From positions 9,504 to 73,503 of the forward strand of contig JANOSY010000088.1 in the NCBI GenBank assembly GCA_031416075.1: a stretch of DNA of 64,000 nucleotides, written 5' to 3'. Below the pieces are notes generated by a model, which was given only the letters and a program-made list of their open reading frames with translations, had not been told where the DNA came from and did not search any database. The stretch's first letter is position 1, and every line of letters begins with the position of its first letter. The translations under genes were made by a program, and so were the position numbers. This DNA comes from Candidatus Tenderia sp. GTDB taxonomy: Bacteria > Pseudomonadota > Gammaproteobacteria > Tenderiales > Tenderiaceae. This document shows positions 48,801 through 60,799 of the stretch, in pieces.

Positions 48801-50576
48801 TTATGCCTCGTTATCAGACTGCCACAGCACTGAAACCTTATATTCTGGATGGGATATATAGAGTTCATCATGTGTACCTACTGTAATTGAGCCATTGCCA
48901 TTAAAATAGAAGACTCTGTCGGCATTGCGAATAGACGAATAACGATGGGCGATAACAAAAGTCGTGCGACCTGTACGTAATGTATCCAGGGCAGCCACTA
49001 CCTCTTTCTCTGATTGGCTATCCAATGCTGAAGTTGCCTCATCCATAATTAAAAATGGAGCATCCATTAACATCGCCTGTGCAATTGCAATACGTTGATA
49101 CTGTCCACCTGATAGCTCAACACCGCCGGATCCTACGCGAGTATCAAGCCCATCACTCAACGCTGTAATAAATTGCCATGCGCCACTCACTTCACAGGCG
49201 TGTACCATCTGCGACTCAGTGGCATCCGGCTTCACTAATAGTAAGTTGGTGCGAATCGTATCGTGCATGATGAACGGGGTTTGCCAAATGATTGAGAATT
49301 GCTCACGTAATGAGGCGATAGTTACAGTGCGAATATCCACCCCATCAATTGTAATACGGCCTTGCTGAGGGTCATGAAAACGCATCAGCAGCCGGGCAAG
49401 TGTTGATTTTCCAGCACCGCTTGCTCCAACCAGGGCGACTGTTTCTCCGGCGCGCACTTCAAGATTGACACCTTGTAAGAGCAGCTCCCCTCCCGTGTAG
49501 GCAAAATCTACACTCTCAAAACGAATACCTCCCTCAGTCACAACTAATGGCTCTGCATCAACAATATCCTGGGTCTCAGGTTTTAGATCAAATATCGCCA
49601 AAACACGCTGCGCAGCCCCAAAATCACCTTGTAACTGCATTGGTGCTTGTGCAAACCCACGCACCGGCACCGAGAGATACCCCAAGTAGAGTAGGAAACT
49701 GACCATCGCCCCTATACCAAAACCGTGACTCTCTATCCGATCGATCCCGACGAACACTATCACGATCCCACAAAAATAGATCATGGCCGCCAGTGTGACC
49801 GTGAACCCTTGGTCCAACCAGCGCATCTTCATGCCCCAGTAACGTGCCTGTTCGTAACACTCACCATGCCTAGCCGCCATGCGTGTCTCGCCCCGGACTG
49901 AGCTTATGCCACGCAGATTGCTTAAGACCTGTTCTTCAAAGGCTAATAGTTTGCCCGCTTCATGAAAAAATCGTTGCGATGCCTTACGCTTGCGCGGGCC
50001 GAATAACCCCTGATGTATGACAAACAGTGGCACAAACATTAACGCCACCAGGGCCATATACCAATCGATCCAAAACAACATGCCACAATAAAAAAATAGG
50101 GTTAACAGGTGAGAAACAAGAAAGAAGGGGACTTCGAGTACCATGTTCTGCACACTGTCCACATCACTGCTAAGGCGGGCAAGCACGTCCCCCTTCTGTA
50201 GATGTGCAGCACCGGGCGCAGAGACATCAAACAGATGACGCAGGGCAGCTTGACGCAGCCGCCCCACAAAACGAAGCCCCAACCAGTTAGCCATCAGGGT
50301 GGAGGAGAAGTGAAATCCCTGGTTGATGACAACAACCAGTATCAACCAGAGCAGCACCGATTTAACCTGATCAAAACGCCCGGCCTGTAAGTGGTCAAAC
50401 GGTAACCCTATCAGCCAGACCATGGCGGTATTGGTCACGGTTAACCCTACAATAGTCCCTATGACCAAACTGACAAACACCACATCGGCACGTGCGTATG
50501 GCAAAAAATGGCGGAAGACTTGCCAGAATTGGGACCTTTGCACGACAGTTTCGCCCTGCTGAGGGGTATCACTCAT
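48801..50576 (-). CDS. ABC exporter, fused permease/ATPase (MsbA-type half transporter)
   Basis: 591 aa. The N-terminal half has six TM spans. Walker A GASGAGKST, signature LSGGQYQRIAIA, Walker B FLIMDEATSALD. There is no N-terminal C39 peptidase domain. The start overlaps the asnB-like stop (ATGA). Confidence 0.9.
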   Translation of the reverse strand: MSDTPQQGETVVQRSQFWQVFRHFLPYARADVVFVSLVIGTIVGLTVTNTAMVWLIGLPFDHLQAGRFDQVKSVLLWLILVVVINQGFHFSSTLMANWLGLRFVGRLRQAALRHLFDVSAPGAAHLQKGDVLARLSSDVDSVQNMVLEVPFFLVSHLLTLFFYCGMLFWIDWYMALVALMFVPLFVIHQGLFGPRKRKASQRFFHEAGKLLAFEEQVLSNLRGISSVRGETRMAARHGECYEQARYWGMKMRWLDQGFTVTLAAMIYFCGIVIVFVGIDRIESHGFGIGAMVSFLLYLGYLSVPVRGFAQAPMQLQGDFGAAQRVLAIFDLKPETQDIVDAEPLVVTEGGIRFESVDFAYTGGELLLQGVNLEVRAGETVALVGASGAGKSTLARLLMRFHDPQQGRITIDGVDIRTVTIASLREQFSIIWQTPFIMHDTIRTNLLLVKPDATESQMVHACEVSGAWQFITALSDGLDTRVGSGGVELSGGQYQRIAIAQAMLMDAPFLIMDEATSALDSQSEKEVVAALDTLRTGRTTFVIAHRYSSIRNADRVFYFNGNGSITVGTHDELYISHPEYKVSVLWQSDNEA

Positions 50577-52591
50577 ATGTGTGAATCAGTAAAACAGCGC
50601 GCCGTTTTGTTGATAAACAGGTCGTACAGAATCTGCACCGTCAGGATCGAAAACAGCACCCACTCCTGCCTCATTGCCCGGTAATAGGCATTGCCATCAG
50701 GGGGTGTGGGCAGGTTCACCAACTCATCCAACAGCGCAGTCACCACTTGAGGATTAAAGATGCCCGCCTGTTGAATCTTCTCTTCAGAGAGAAATTGCGA
50801 CAACCGGTCTGCATTTTTTGGCGTAAAAAACCATTCACGAATAGGGGTGTAAAAGGCACGTTTTTTATACGAAGTGGGATGTTCTGGTAACTTTGGCAAC
50901 ATTAACTTACGCAAAATATACTTCTCATCCAGGCCATTCAGCTTGAGTGCTGGTGGCACCTTTGCCGCTAACTCCACCAGTTTGTGATCCAGAAATGGGA
51001 CCCGCGCCTCCACACCGTTAGCCATGGCCAGTCGATCTGCCCGCCACAATATCCAACCTGGCAGACGGGTCTTTATCTCCAGATACAGGGACTGGTTGAG
51101 TGGATGCAACCCTTCCAGCCTGGGCTTTAAGGTGGTGATCAACTCTGCCATCTGCTGATCGTGGTCGGCGGACTGCTCCAGAAAATCATCGCTGAAGATC
51201 CCTTCACTCCCTTCACGAAGGATTTGCCAGAAGTCATACCAGACGGGATAACAACCAAATTGCGCCACCACCTTCTGCTGCTGCTGCGACTCATGTAAAC
51301 GAGCCAGCATCTGCAGATAATCAGGGGCAAAATCATTGCCAAAATCATCTAAATAGTAACGCAGCCGCTCCTCCTGCCCCCCCTTCTCATTACCCCACTG
51401 ACGGATGTAATCCTGGCGGAAGCAGTCATACCCCCCCAATATTTCATCTGCACCTTCACCGGTATACACCACTTTAAACTGATTTTTACGCACCAGCTCC
51501 GACAACATCAGCAGCGGGATATCCAGCGCCATACGTTGTGGCTGCTCGACGCTGTACATCGCCTCCACCAACACATCCAGATAATCATCACTGCGCTGGT
51601 CATCCATATACAGGTCATGCAGCTCAACACCGATGTGGTCGGCAATACTGCTAGTAATTGGATACTCGTCATTAGCACTATTGGAAAAGCGGATAGTAAA
51701 TGCCTTTACACTCTGCTCCGCAGACTGCTGCAACCAATAGGTGGTAGTGGCCGAGTCAACACCGCCGGAAAGATAGGAGCCAATAGGTACCTCGCCAATC
51801 ATGTGTGAGCGCACAGCGTCCTGCAAAACACCATCAAACTCTGCCAACCACTGCTCTTCACTGCGATCCTCATACTCACCCTCTCGGGGAAACTCCAGAT
51901 CCCAATAACAGTCAATTTGCGGCTGCTTACCTGCCACCAGTGTCATGGTATGGCCGGGGGCCAACTCAACCACCCCGGCAAAGAGCGTATGTGGCGCAAT
52001 ATTAAATTGATAGGAGAAAAAATTCCGTACCGATTGGGGATTAAAGGCGGGAGTGATCTGCCCCGATGCAAACAGCGATTTCACTTCTGAGGCACCATAC
52101 AGGGTCGTGCCGTCCCAATGGTAAACCAGCGGTTTGATACCCAACCGGTCCCTGGCCACAAATAGTTCGTTAGTTAATGAGTCATGAATAGCAAACGCAA
52201 ACATTCCCCGCAGGCGCGGCACACACTGCGCGCCATCGCGCTGGAACAGATGGAGAATCACCTCCGTATCCGATTGCGTCTGAAACAGAACGCCCTCCTG
52301 CTCCAGTTCAGCCCGCAACACCTTGTAATTATAGATTTCACCGTTATAAACAATGGCATAACGATCATCAATGCTTAACATCGGCTGGGCACCGCCACGA
52401 ATATCAACGATACTCAAACGGGTATGGCCTAACGCCACACCACCACGCACCAAATGGTTCTGTGCATCGGGTCCCCGATGTATCAGCGCATGCACCATGC
52501 GCCCTATTATTAATTCACTCGACTCACTCTGCGCCAACGGCTCAGCGGATTGATGATGGCCAGCACGATAGATGAAACAGATCCCACACAT
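50573..52591 (-). CDS. Asparagine synthetase B-like glutamine-dependent amidotransferase
   Basis: MCGICFIY carries the N-terminal nucleophile Cys2 when the start is the second Met at 52591. GHTRLSIVD, and the PP-loop SYLSGGVDS. About 672 aa. Confidence 0.88.
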   Translation of the reverse strand: MCGICFIYRAGHHQSAEPLAQSESSELIIGRMVHALIHRGPDAQNHLVRGGVALGHTRLSIVDIRGGAQPMLSIDDRYAIVYNGEIYNYKVLRAELEQEGVLFQTQSDTEVILHLFQRDGAQCVPRLRGMFAFAIHDSLTNELFVARDRLGIKPLVYHWDGTTLYGASEVKSLFASGQITPAFNPQSVRNFFSYQFNIAPHTLFAGVVELAPGHTMTLVAGKQPQIDCYWDLEFPREGEYEDRSEEQWLAEFDGVLQDAVRSHMIGEVPIGSYLSGGVDSATTTYWLQQSAEQSVKAFTIRFSNSANDEYPITSSIADHIGVELHDLYMDDQRSDDYLDVLVEAMYSVEQPQRMALDIPLLMLSELVRKNQFKVVYTGEGADEILGGYDCFRQDYIRQWGNEKGGQEERLRYYLDDFGNDFAPDYLQMLARLHESQQQQKVVAQFGCYPVWYDFWQILREGSEGIFSDDFLEQSADHDQQMAELITTLKPRLEGLHPLNQSLYLEIKTRLPGWILWRADRLAMANGVEARVPFLDHKLVELAAKVPPALKLNGLDEKYILRKLMLPKLPEHPTSYKKRAFYTPIREWFFTPKNADRLSQFLSEEKIQQAGIFNPQVVTALLDELVNLPTPPDGNAYYRAMRQEWVLFSILTVQILYDLFINKTARCFTDSHI

Positions 52592-52661
52592 CACAGACTC
52601 TCACGTAAACAATCCCTGCACACAACGCCGGTCAGCAACAACCGGAACCCGCCTGATACCA

Positions 52662-52686
52662 TAAAAAAAGGGGCCAATGGCCCCTT
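52662..52686 (-). terminator. Rho-independent terminator after pnp
   Basis: The minus strand reads GGGGCC-att-GGCCCC followed by TTTTTTTAT. Confidence 0.75.
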
Positions 52687-52715
52687 TCTTATATCAAACC
52701 CACGTTAAGAGGTAC

Positions 52716-54806
52716 TTAAACCTCTTCCGTGACGGCCTTGATGCTTAAACGGATACGACCCTGCTTATCCACCTCAAGCACTTTAACCTTAACCACTTCA
52801 CCTTCGGTAAGCTTATCAGCCACATTCTCCACACGCTCATTGGAAATCTGTGAGATGTGAACCAAGCCATCCTTGCCCGGAAGGATGGTGACAAAAGCAC
52901 CAAAGTCCATCAACTTGGCCACTTTACCATCGTAAATCTTGCCGACCTCAACATCAGCAACCAACTCAAGAATCCGCTGCTTCGCCGCCTCACCCGCCGC
53001 CCGGTCAACCGAGGCGACCTTAACGGTGCCATCATCATCCAGATCAATCGATGTGCCTGTCTCTTCGGTCAGTGCACGAATAGTTGCGCCCCCTTTACCA
53101 ATAACATCGCGGATACGGTCCGGATTAATCTTGAAGGTGATAATCCGTGGTGCATATTCAGACAACTCTTCACGAGGTGCAGTGATCGCTTTATCCATTT
53201 CACCCAGAATAAACAGACGGCCATCTTTTGCCTGAGAGAGTGCTGCCTGCATGATCTCACGGGTAATCCCGTCAATCTTGATATCCATCTGCAACGCAGT
53301 GATACCTGATGACGTACCGGCGACCTTAAAGTCCATATCACCCAGATGATCTTCATCACCCAGAATATCGCTCAACACGGCAAAACGGTCACCCTCTTTA
53401 ATCAGCCCCATCGCAATACCCGCTACCGGCGCTTTTAAAGGGATACCCGCATCCATCATCGCCAAACTACTGCCACAGACAGAGGCCATTGAACTGGAGC
53501 CGTTGGATTCAGTAATCTCAGAGACCACACGAACAACGTAAGGGTAGTTTGCCATATCAGGCATCACCGCTTGAACACCACGTTTGGCCAGACGGCCATG
53601 GCCGATCTCACGACGTTTAGGGCTACCCACCATGCCGGTTTCACCAACACTGTAAGGGGGGAAGTTGTAGTGGAACATAAACGGGTCTTTACGCTCACCT
53701 TCGATGGCATCGATCATCTGCGCATCTTTGCCAGTACCGAGGGTGGTCACCACCAGCGCCTGTGTTTCACCACGGGTAAAGAGTGCTGAACCATGTGTAC
53801 GTGGCAACACACCCACACGAATGGTGATCGGACGAACAGTTTTGGTATCACGTCCATCGATACGCGGCTGACCATCAATAACACGGCCACGCACCACCTT
53901 GCTCTCAAGCACGCCAATCATCTCACCTACGTCAGCCGCGCTCCACTCAGGTGTCTCACCACCACACAACGTAGTAACCGCCTGACTGCGAATATCATCC
54001 AGCGCCGCATACCGATCCTGCTTTACCTTAATCTGATAGGCTTCGTTCAACTGTGTCGCAACAACACCGCTCACCGCGGACTCCAGCGCGCTGTTCTTGA
54101 CAGGCGACTGCCACACCCAAGCCTCAACACCCACTTCATCGCACAGCTCACGAATAGCCTTGATCACAACACACATCTGTTCATGACCAAACATCACCGA
54201 ATCCAACATCACCTGTTCTGACAGCTCATGGGCTTCAGACTCCACCATCAATACCGCACCCTCAGTACCGGCAACCACCAGATCCAACTGCGAGGCCACC
54301 AGCTGAGACTTGCTCGGATTCAGCAAAAACTCACCATCGACATAACCAACACGGGCAGCACCGATCGGTCCCTTGAAAGGAACACCTGCCAGCATCAATG
54401 CCGCTGAAGCACCGATCAGCGAGGGAATATCAGGATCAATTTCAGCATCCAGTGAGACAACGGTGGCAACAATCTGGACTTCATTAGTGAAGCCGTCGGG
54501 AAACAGTGGACGTATCGGGCGATCAATCAGACGAGAAGTCAGTGTCTCTTTTTCCGTAGGACGCCCTTCGCGCTTAAAAAACCCGCCAGGAATCTTACCC
54601 GCTGCGTAGGTTCTCTCTTGATAGTTGACAGTTAGTGGAAAGAAGTCACGCCCCGGAACAACCTCTTTACGTGCAACGGCAGTCACCAGAACGGTCGTAT
54701 CTCCCATGCTGCACATCACAGCACCACTAGCCTGTCTGGCAATCTCACCAGTCTCTATCGTGACAGTGTGATTACCATACTGAAAAACCTTTTTAATGGG
54801 TTTCAT
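52716..54806 (-). CDS. pnp: Polyribonucleotide nucleotidyltransferase (PNPase)
   Basis: 696 aa. [30 protein letters not shown], with KH and S1 domains at the C-terminus. Confidence 0.97.
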   Translation of the reverse strand: MKPIKKVFQYGNHTVTIETGEIARQASGAVMCSMGDTTVLVTAVARKEVVPGRDFFPLTVNYQERTYAAGKIPGGFFKREGRPTEKETLTSRLIDRPIRPLFPDGFTNEVQIVATVVSLDAEIDPDIPSLIGASAALMLAGVPFKGPIGAARVGYVDGEFLLNPSKSQLVASQLDLVVAGTEGAVLMVESEAHELSEQVMLDSVMFGHEQMCVVIKAIRELCDEVGVEAWVWQSPVKNSALESAVSGVVATQLNEAYQIKVKQDRYAALDDIRSQAVTTLCGGETPEWSAADVGEMIGVLESKVVRGRVIDGQPRIDGRDTKTVRPITIRVGVLPRTHGSALFTRGETQALVVTTLGTGKDAQMIDAIEGERKDPFMFHYNFPPYSVGETGMVGSPKRREIGHGRLAKRGVQAVMPDMANYPYVVRVVSEITESNGSSSMASVCGSSLAMMDAGIPLKAPVAGIAMGLIKEGDRFAVLSDILGDEDHLGDMDFKVAGTSSGITALQMDIKIDGITREIMQAALSQAKDGRLFILGEMDKAITAPREELSEYAPRIITFKINPDRIRDVIGKGGATIRALTEETGTSIDLDDDGTVKVASVDRAAGEAAKQRILELVADVEVGKIYDGKVAKLMDFGAFVTILPGKDGLVHISQISNERVENVADKLTEGEVVKVKVLEVDKQGRIRLSIKAVTEEV

Positions 54807-54895
54807 TAACTATCCTTAAAATTTCTTATGGGGTATTTAACAAAGATCCAAAAATGATCGGATTCTGGATCAACGCACTGCGGGCATAGCAACAG

Positions 54896-54944
54896 AAACA
54901 GACCGCCCCGCACATCCTTCGATGTTACGCAGGGCAGTCTGTTT
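54896..54944 (-). terminator. Long hairpin between rpsO and pnp (rpsO terminator / pnp leader processing stem)
   Basis: The minus strand reads AAACAGAC...GTCTGTTT with GC-rich internal pairing, followed by CTGTT. Its position is equivalent to the RNase III-processed hairpin of the E. coli rpsO-pnp leader. Confidence 0.55.
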
Positions 54945-54964
54945 AATCCAGCTCGGCATTCCGC

Positions 54965-55234
54965 TTAGCGGCGCAGACCAAGACGGGTGATCAATTCACG
55001 GTAACGATCCTGATCTTTCTTTTTCAGGTAGTCGAGCAACTTACGACGCTGACTAACCATTCTCAAAAGACCCTGACGTGAGTGATGGTCATGAGAGTGT
55101 TTCTTAAAATGACCAGAAAGCTGATCGATACGAGCGCTCAACAGCGCAACCTGAACTTCAGGAGATCCAGTATCCCCTGTGGCACGCTGAAAATCACCAA
55201 CGACTTTCTGCTTAGCTTCTGCATTCAAAGACAT
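54965..55234 (-). CDS. rpsO: 30S ribosomal protein S15
   Basis: [57 protein letters not shown]. The start at 55234 gives 89 aa. Confidence 0.96.
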   Translation of the reverse strand: MSLNAEAKQKVVGDFQRATGDTGSPEVQVALLSARIDQLSGHFKKHSHDHHSRQGLLRMVSQRRKLLDYLKKKDQDRYRELITRLGLRR

Positions 55235-55353
55235 GTTATCTCCCAAATAGACACTACTAACTCAATAAGCGGCGTATTTTACAACCGCATCAAGCCCGGT
55301 ACAAGCACGGAATTGGCCAATTCTCCTCTTAAAAGGCAGATTAGGCAATAATC

Positions 55354-56271
55354 CTAGCAATTCACCAGACGTTTTGGAGCAACCCTGCCATCATCCAGGA
55401 TGTGGCCGATCCCCAGAAATCCATCTTTATGACCATACAACCTAACCAACCCTGTCATCGGTGCCTTCGGCACCAGCACAGCTTGGCCTCGTTTGACATA
55501 AAATGCCATGTCATCGGTCAGTGCGATCGATGGCCACTGCGATAAGGCGCTATCCATCGGCAGCAAACGTCTATCAACACTATCAAACCCAGCAGCTTCA
55601 ATCGCATCAGCCAACTGCTCAAGAGTCATGCACTGATCAAGCTGATGGCCACTCACCTGGGTACGGCGTAGCACTGTTACGTGTGCACCACACCCCAAAA
55701 GCTCACCAATATCTTCGGACAGTGTACGAATGTAGGTCCCTTTCGAACACCTGACATGCAGATCAATTTCATCGCTACTTTGGCGCAGTAGATCAATTTG
55801 ATAAATAGTCACTTGCCGCGGCTGACGCTCCACCTCCAACCCTTGGTGGGCCAGTTTGTAAAGCGGCTGGCCATTCACCTTAAGCGCTGAGTGCATGGGC
55901 GGTACCTGCTGAATAATACCCGTCAACTGCTCCAGCACTTTACGCAATGTCTGTTCGCTGATATATGGCACGGGGCGGGTCTCAATGACCTCTCCCTCAA
56001 TATCCGCAGTATTGGTCTTTTGCCCTAACTTGAGGGTGACAAAATAACTCTTGTCAGACTCCAGCAGATATCCCGAGACCTTTGTCGCCTCGCCCAAACA
56101 GATGGGCAATACACCGGTGGCAATAGGGTCAAGGCTGCCCGTATGGCCCGCTTTATTGGCATTAAACAGTCGTTTGACCTTCTGCAGCGCCACGTTGGAA
56201 GTCATGCCCGCCGGTTTGTCGAGCAAAAAAATGCCATGGATATCTCTACCCGGTATGCGCCGTTTTTGCAC
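55354..56271 (-). CDS. truB: tRNA pseudouridine(55) synthase
   Basis: 305 aa. GIFLLDKPAGMTSNVALQKVKRLFNANKAGHTGSLDPIATGVLPICLGEATK. Confidence 0.95.
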   Translation of the reverse strand: MQKRRIPGRDIHGIFLLDKPAGMTSNVALQKVKRLFNANKAGHTGSLDPIATGVLPICLGEATKVSGYLLESDKSYFVTLKLGQKTNTADIEGEVIETRPVPYISEQTLRKVLEQLTGIIQQVPPMHSALKVNGQPLYKLAHQGLEVERQPRQVTIYQIDLLRQSSDEIDLHVRCSKGTYIRTLSEDIGELLGCGAHVTVLRRTQVSGHQLDQCMTLEQLADAIEAAGFDSVDRRLLPMDSALSQWPSIALTDDMAFYVKRGQAVLVPKAPMTGLVRLYGHKDGFLGIGHILDDGRVAPKRLVNC

Positions 56272-56292
56272 CCGTGCTAGACCGCGAACAGA

Positions 56293-56658
56293 CTATTTTT
56301 CGCCACGATCAGAAGCCAATGCGGCATTGATCAAGGCGTTGATATTGGCACCATTTTCCACGGAAGCGTCATAGACAAATACCAGCTGCGGTGTAATCCG
56401 CAATTTCATCCGTTTGCCCAACTCACGACGCAGAAAACCTGCCGCATGATTCAGTGCCGCCAAGACATCCTCCACGCCATTGTCCGCATTAAACATGGTG
56501 ATGTAGACCTTGGCATGGGCCATATCACGGGTCACATCCACGCCGGAGACTGTCACCAGTCCCACACGTGGATCGTTGAGCTGAAACTGAATCAGATCCG
56601 CCAACTCACGCTGTATTTGTGAGCCAACCCGCTGGCTACGACTAAATTCTTTGGCCAT
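56293..56658 (-). CDS. rbfA: Ribosome-binding factor A
   Basis: 121 aa. FSRSQRVGSQIQRELADLI...DPRVGLVTVSGVDVTRDMAHAKVY. Confidence 0.95.
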   Translation of the reverse strand: MAKEFSRSQRVGSQIQRELADLIQFQLNDPRVGLVTVSGVDVTRDMAHAKVYITMFNADNGVEDVLAALNHAAGFLRRELGKRMKLRITPQLVFVYDASVENGANINALINAALASDRGEK

Positions 56659-56678
56659 GACGCTCTACCGTAGTGAAA

Positions 56679-59234
56679 TCAAGTGATGAACTTGGCAACT
56701 TCGGTACGCTCGTAGACCTCAATCTGGTCTCCTGGGCGTACATCGTTGTAGTCCTTAACGCCGATACCACATTCGGTACCAGAGCGCACTTCACCCACAT
56801 CATCCTTAAAGCGACGCAGCGACTCAAGCGCACCTTCATAGATAACCACATTGTCACGCAATACGCGGATCGGATTATTACGTTTGACCACACCATCAAT
56901 AACCAGACAGCCAGCAATGGCACCGATCTTGGGTGAGCGGAAGACATCACGAACCTCTGCCAGCCCCACAATCACTTCACGAATTTCTGGTGACAACATA
57001 CCGGACAGCGCATGTTTAACGTCATCGATAATGTCGTAGATTACGCTGTAGTAACGTATATCAATACCCGTCTCTTGGCAGATGCGTTTGGCAGCGCTGT
57101 CAGCACGGACATTAAAGCCCATGACAATCGCCTGCGATGCAGCCGCCAGATTGACATCAGATTCGGTAATACCACCCACGCCGCTAGCCAGAATTTTAAC
57201 CCTGACTTCATCGGTAGAAAGTTTGGTCAGTGCATCACGCAACGCCTCGGCACTACCCTGTACGTCGGTCTTGATCACCAGGTTAAGGGCGCTGATCTTG
57301 CCATCTTCCATTTGTGAGAAGACATCTTCAAGCTTGGAGGCCTGCTGGCGAGCCAGTTTCACATCACGGAACTTGCCTTGACGGAACAGGGCAATTTCAC
57401 GTGCCTTACGCTCATCCGAAATAACAGCTGCGTTGTCACCCGCATCCGGCGTACCGGAAAGACCCAACACCTGCACTGGAATTGAAGGGCCGGCAGAATC
57501 GACCGGCAGACCATTCTCATCAAACAGGGCGCGAACACGACCATACTCCTTACCCACCAGCAATACGTCACCCTTGTTCAGCGTGCCGCTCTGCACCAAT
57601 ACTGTTGCCACAGCACCGCGCCCTTTATCCAGGCTCGATTCAACAACAATACCTGTGGCATGGCCATCTTTGACCGCTTTCAGCTCCATCACTTCCGCTT
57701 GCAACAGAATAGCTTCGAGCAGCTGATCAATACCGGCACCGGTCTTGGCGGAGACGTGAACAAACATCGAATCACCACCCCACTCTTCAGGAATCACCCC
57801 TTGAGCAACCAGCTCCTGCTTAACACGATCAGGATCAGCGTCAGGCTTATCAATCTTATTCACCGCCACCAGCAACGGCACTTCTGCTGCACGGGCATGC
57901 TGAATCGCTTCAATCGTCTGTGGCATCACGCCATCATCCGCCGCCACGACCAAAATAACGATATCGGTAGCCTGGGCACCACGGGCACGCATCGCCGTAA
58001 AGGCGGCATGGCCCGGAGTATCAAGGAAAGTGACCATACCGCGATCAGTCTCTACATGATAGGCACCGATATGCTGGGTAATACCACCCGCCTCACCCGC
58101 TGCCACTTTGGCACGACGAATGTGGTCGAGCAGTGACGTCTTACCATGGTCAACATGACCCATGATGGTGACAACCGGGGCGCGACTGATCAGCTCACCC
58201 TTATGACCGGTCTGCACTTCAAGCAGCTCAGCCTCAAGTGCGTCTTCACGCATCAGCTTAGGTGTATGACCCATCTCTTCCACTACAATGGCAGCGGTAT
58301 CCTGGTCGATCACCTGATTGATGGTCACCATGGTGCCCATCTTCATCATCACCTTGATGACTTCAGCAGCCTTGACCGACATCTTCTGCGCCAGCTCGGC
58401 CACAGTAATGGTCTCAGGGATGGCAACTTCATGAGTCACGGGTGCCTGAGGCTTCTGGAAACCATGTGGCCCCGCAGCAACCACCACGCGACCGCGGCTT
58501 GGCGAGTGCGATTTTTTCTTACGGCGGCCAGCCTTGTCGGCGGAGACATGCAACTCTTCACGATCAAAGCCACCTTTTTTGCCTTTACCACCAAACGGCT
58601 CATCAGCAACGCCTTTGCCACGCTTTTTAGGCTTTTTGTCCTTACCGGCATCACTAACAACCACGGCTTCCGGTGTCACCGGTGGTGCCACCGGGCGCAC
58701 AGTTGCCTCGGCTGCCGCCTGCTGAATCATCTGTTCAGCGGCCCGCCTTGCGGCAATCTCCATGTCGGCACGACGCTGATCTTCCAAGGCCTGCAATCGC
58801 ATGGCCTCTTCTGCCGCCTGACGTGCGACCTCCTCGGCACGCGCCTCATTAAGCTCAGGACTCTCTGGCACAACCTCTTCTTCCGGAGACTCTTCTTCAG
58901 ATTCATTGGCAACATCAGTGGGACGCTTAACGTAAGTGCGGCGCTTACGCACCTCAACGCTCACGGTTTTGGCGCGCCCCTGGGTCCCTGACTGCTTAAG
59001 CTCACTGACAGTCTTGCGTTTCAAGGTGATCTTCTTGGGAGATGCCGCCTCCTCAGCGATTTCAACCGCATCGCCCCCTCTACGCAGATGCTTGAGCAGC
59101 TGCATCTTGTCCTCATCACTGATGGTAGCGTCGGCGCTCGGTACCGGCACGCCCGCTTCATCAAGCTGGACAAGCAAGCGATCGACTGGAATGCCAACCG
59201 CATCTGCCAACTGCTTTACTGTTACTTCTGACAT
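56679..59234 (-). CDS. infB: Translation initiation factor IF-2
   Basis: 851 aa. [24 protein letters not shown] and the G-domain [17 protein letters not shown]. Confidence 0.97.
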   Translation of the reverse strand: MSEVTVKQLADAVGIPVDRLLVQLDEAGVPVPSADATISDEDKMQLLKHLRRGGDAVEIAEEAASPKKITLKRKTVSELKQSGTQGRAKTVSVEVRKRRTYVKRPTDVANESEEESPEEEVVPESPELNEARAEEVARQAAEEAMRLQALEDQRRADMEIAARRAAEQMIQQAAAEATVRPVAPPVTPEAVVVSDAGKDKKPKKRGKGVADEPFGGKGKKGGFDREELHVSADKAGRRKKKSHSPSRGRVVVAAGPHGFQKPQAPVTHEVAIPETITVAELAQKMSVKAAEVIKVMMKMGTMVTINQVIDQDTAAIVVEEMGHTPKLMREDALEAELLEVQTGHKGELISRAPVVTIMGHVDHGKTSLLDHIRRAKVAAGEAGGITQHIGAYHVETDRGMVTFLDTPGHAAFTAMRARGAQATDIVILVVAADDGVMPQTIEAIQHARAAEVPLLVAVNKIDKPDADPDRVKQELVAQGVIPEEWGGDSMFVHVSAKTGAGIDQLLEAILLQAEVMELKAVKDGHATGIVVESSLDKGRGAVATVLVQSGTLNKGDVLLVGKEYGRVRALFDENGLPVDSAGPSIPVQVLGLSGTPDAGDNAAVISDERKAREIALFRQGKFRDVKLARQQASKLEDVFSQMEDGKISALNLVIKTDVQGSAEALRDALTKLSTDEVRVKILASGVGGITESDVNLAAASQAIVMGFNVRADSAAKRICQETGIDIRYYSVIYDIIDDVKHALSGMLSPEIREVIVGLAEVRDVFRSPKIGAIAGCLVIDGVVKRNNPIRVLRDNVVIYEGALESLRRFKDDVGEVRSGTECGIGVKDYNDVRPGDQIEVYERTEVAKFIT

Positions 59235-59279
59235 TGCTGCCTACCCCTCTTACTCAAGTGCTCTTAATCCTTGGTGCTA

Positions 59280-60764
59280 TTACGCAAACCAAGGGGCACG
59301 AGCGGTCATAATCAATTGACTGGCACGCTCTTCATCCAAGCCAACCACATCACCCAGTTCATCCAGCGACTGTTCCGCCAGATCTTCCATAGTGATTACA
59401 CCCTTGGCTGCCAACGCATAGGCCAGGGACTCATCCATACCTTCCATATCCAAGAGATCCTTGGCAGGCTGCTTGTGGGCATGTTTCTCTTCACCAGCGA
59501 TTGCCTTGGTCAGCAATACATCACGGGCGCGATTACGCAGCTCTTCCACCATCTCTTCGTCAAACTCTTCAATCTGCAGCATCTCCTGCACAGGCACATA
59601 AGCCACCTCTTCAATCGAGCTGAACCCCTCCTGCACCAGAATAGAAGCAACCTCTTCATCCACATCGAGCTGCTCTTTAAACAGATTGAGCACAGCCACT
59701 GACTCTTGTTCGCTCTTTTTCTCAGCATCGGTTTCAGTCATCACATTCAACTCCCAACCAGTCAACTGACTGGCAAGGCGCACATTTTGACCGCCACGAC
59801 CGATGGCTTGCGACAGGTTCTCTTCTGAGACGGCAACATCCATGGTGTGACTCTCTTCATCAACAACAATAGAGACAACCTCAGCCGGTGACATCGCATT
59901 AATCACAAACTGCGCCACATTATCATCATACAAAATAATGTCGACACGCTCACCGCCCAGCTCATTGGAGACCGCCTGCACACGCGAACCACGCATGCCC
60001 ACACAGGCACCCACTGGATCGATACGCTGATCGTTACTCTTGACGGCAATTTTGGCACGCACACCTGGATCACGGGCTGCGGCCCTGATCTCAATCAACC
60101 CTTCACCCGCCTCCGGCACCTCAAGCTTAAACAGCTCAATTAGCAGCTCAGGGGCCGTACGACTGATAAACAGCTGTGGACCACGTGGCTCGGAACGGAC
60201 GTCGCGCAGATAACCACGCACGCGATCACCCGTGCGTAACGATTCACGTGGAATCATATCTTCACGGGCGATCAGCGCTTCAACATTACCACCCAGATCC
60301 AGGATGACACTGCCACGATCGTTACGTTTGACAATCCCCATCACCAGCTCGCCGATGCGCCCTTTATAGGCGTCCACCACCTGCATTCTTTCAGCCTCGC
60401 GCACCTTCTGCACGATCACCTGCTTGGCAGTCTGGGCAGAAATACGACCAAACTCAACCGACTCAAGTGGCTCTTCTATATAGTCACCGGCATTGACATT
60501 AGGATTCTTGACCCGCGCATCTGCCAGCATGATCTGGTAATCAGTTGACTCAAACGCCTCCTCATCCTCCAGCACCAACCAGCGACGAAAGGTCTCGTTA
60601 TTCCCAGTATCACGGTTGATAGTGACCCGCACATCAACCTCGTCTTCATAACGTTTTTTGGTGGCTGTTGCCAACGCAGCCTCTATCGCCCCAAAAATGA
60701 TGCCTTTATCGACACCCTTTTCGTTAGATACAGCCTCTACTACCAATAAGATCTCTTTGCTCAT
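59280..60764 (-). CDS. nusA: Transcription termination/antitermination factor NusA
   Basis: 494 aa. [39 protein letters not shown]. Confidence 0.97.
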   Translation of the reverse strand: MSKEILLVVEAVSNEKGVDKGIIFGAIEAALATATKKRYEDEVDVRVTINRDTGNNETFRRWLVLEDEEAFESTDYQIMLADARVKNPNVNAGDYIEEPLESVEFGRISAQTAKQVIVQKVREAERMQVVDAYKGRIGELVMGIVKRNDRGSVILDLGGNVEALIAREDMIPRESLRTGDRVRGYLRDVRSEPRGPQLFISRTAPELLIELFKLEVPEAGEGLIEIRAAARDPGVRAKIAVKSNDQRIDPVGACVGMRGSRVQAVSNELGGERVDIILYDDNVAQFVINAMSPAEVVSIVVDEESHTMDVAVSEENLSQAIGRGGQNVRLASQLTGWELNVMTETDAEKKSEQESVAVLNLFKEQLDVDEEVASILVQEGFSSIEEVAYVPVQEMLQIEEFDEEMVEELRNRARDVLLTKAIAGEEKHAHKQPAKDLLDMEGMDESLAYALAAKGVITMEDLAEQSLDELGDVVGLDEERASQLIMTARAPWFA

Positions 60765-60799
60765 AGCTCAGCCTCTATTCAGCACTGCCTTGCAAATCC

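Noticed and set aside
48801-52591. Canonical lasso-peptide cluster (AsnB-like cyclase plus ABC exporter plus small precursor)
   Set aside because: The AsnB homologue keeps the N-terminal Cys glutaminase nucleophile, which lasso cyclases lack. No transglutaminase-like leader protease (B protein) or RRE is present. The G/M peptides lack an Asp/Glu acceptor for a macrolactam. Only a looser amidation/export hypothesis is kept.
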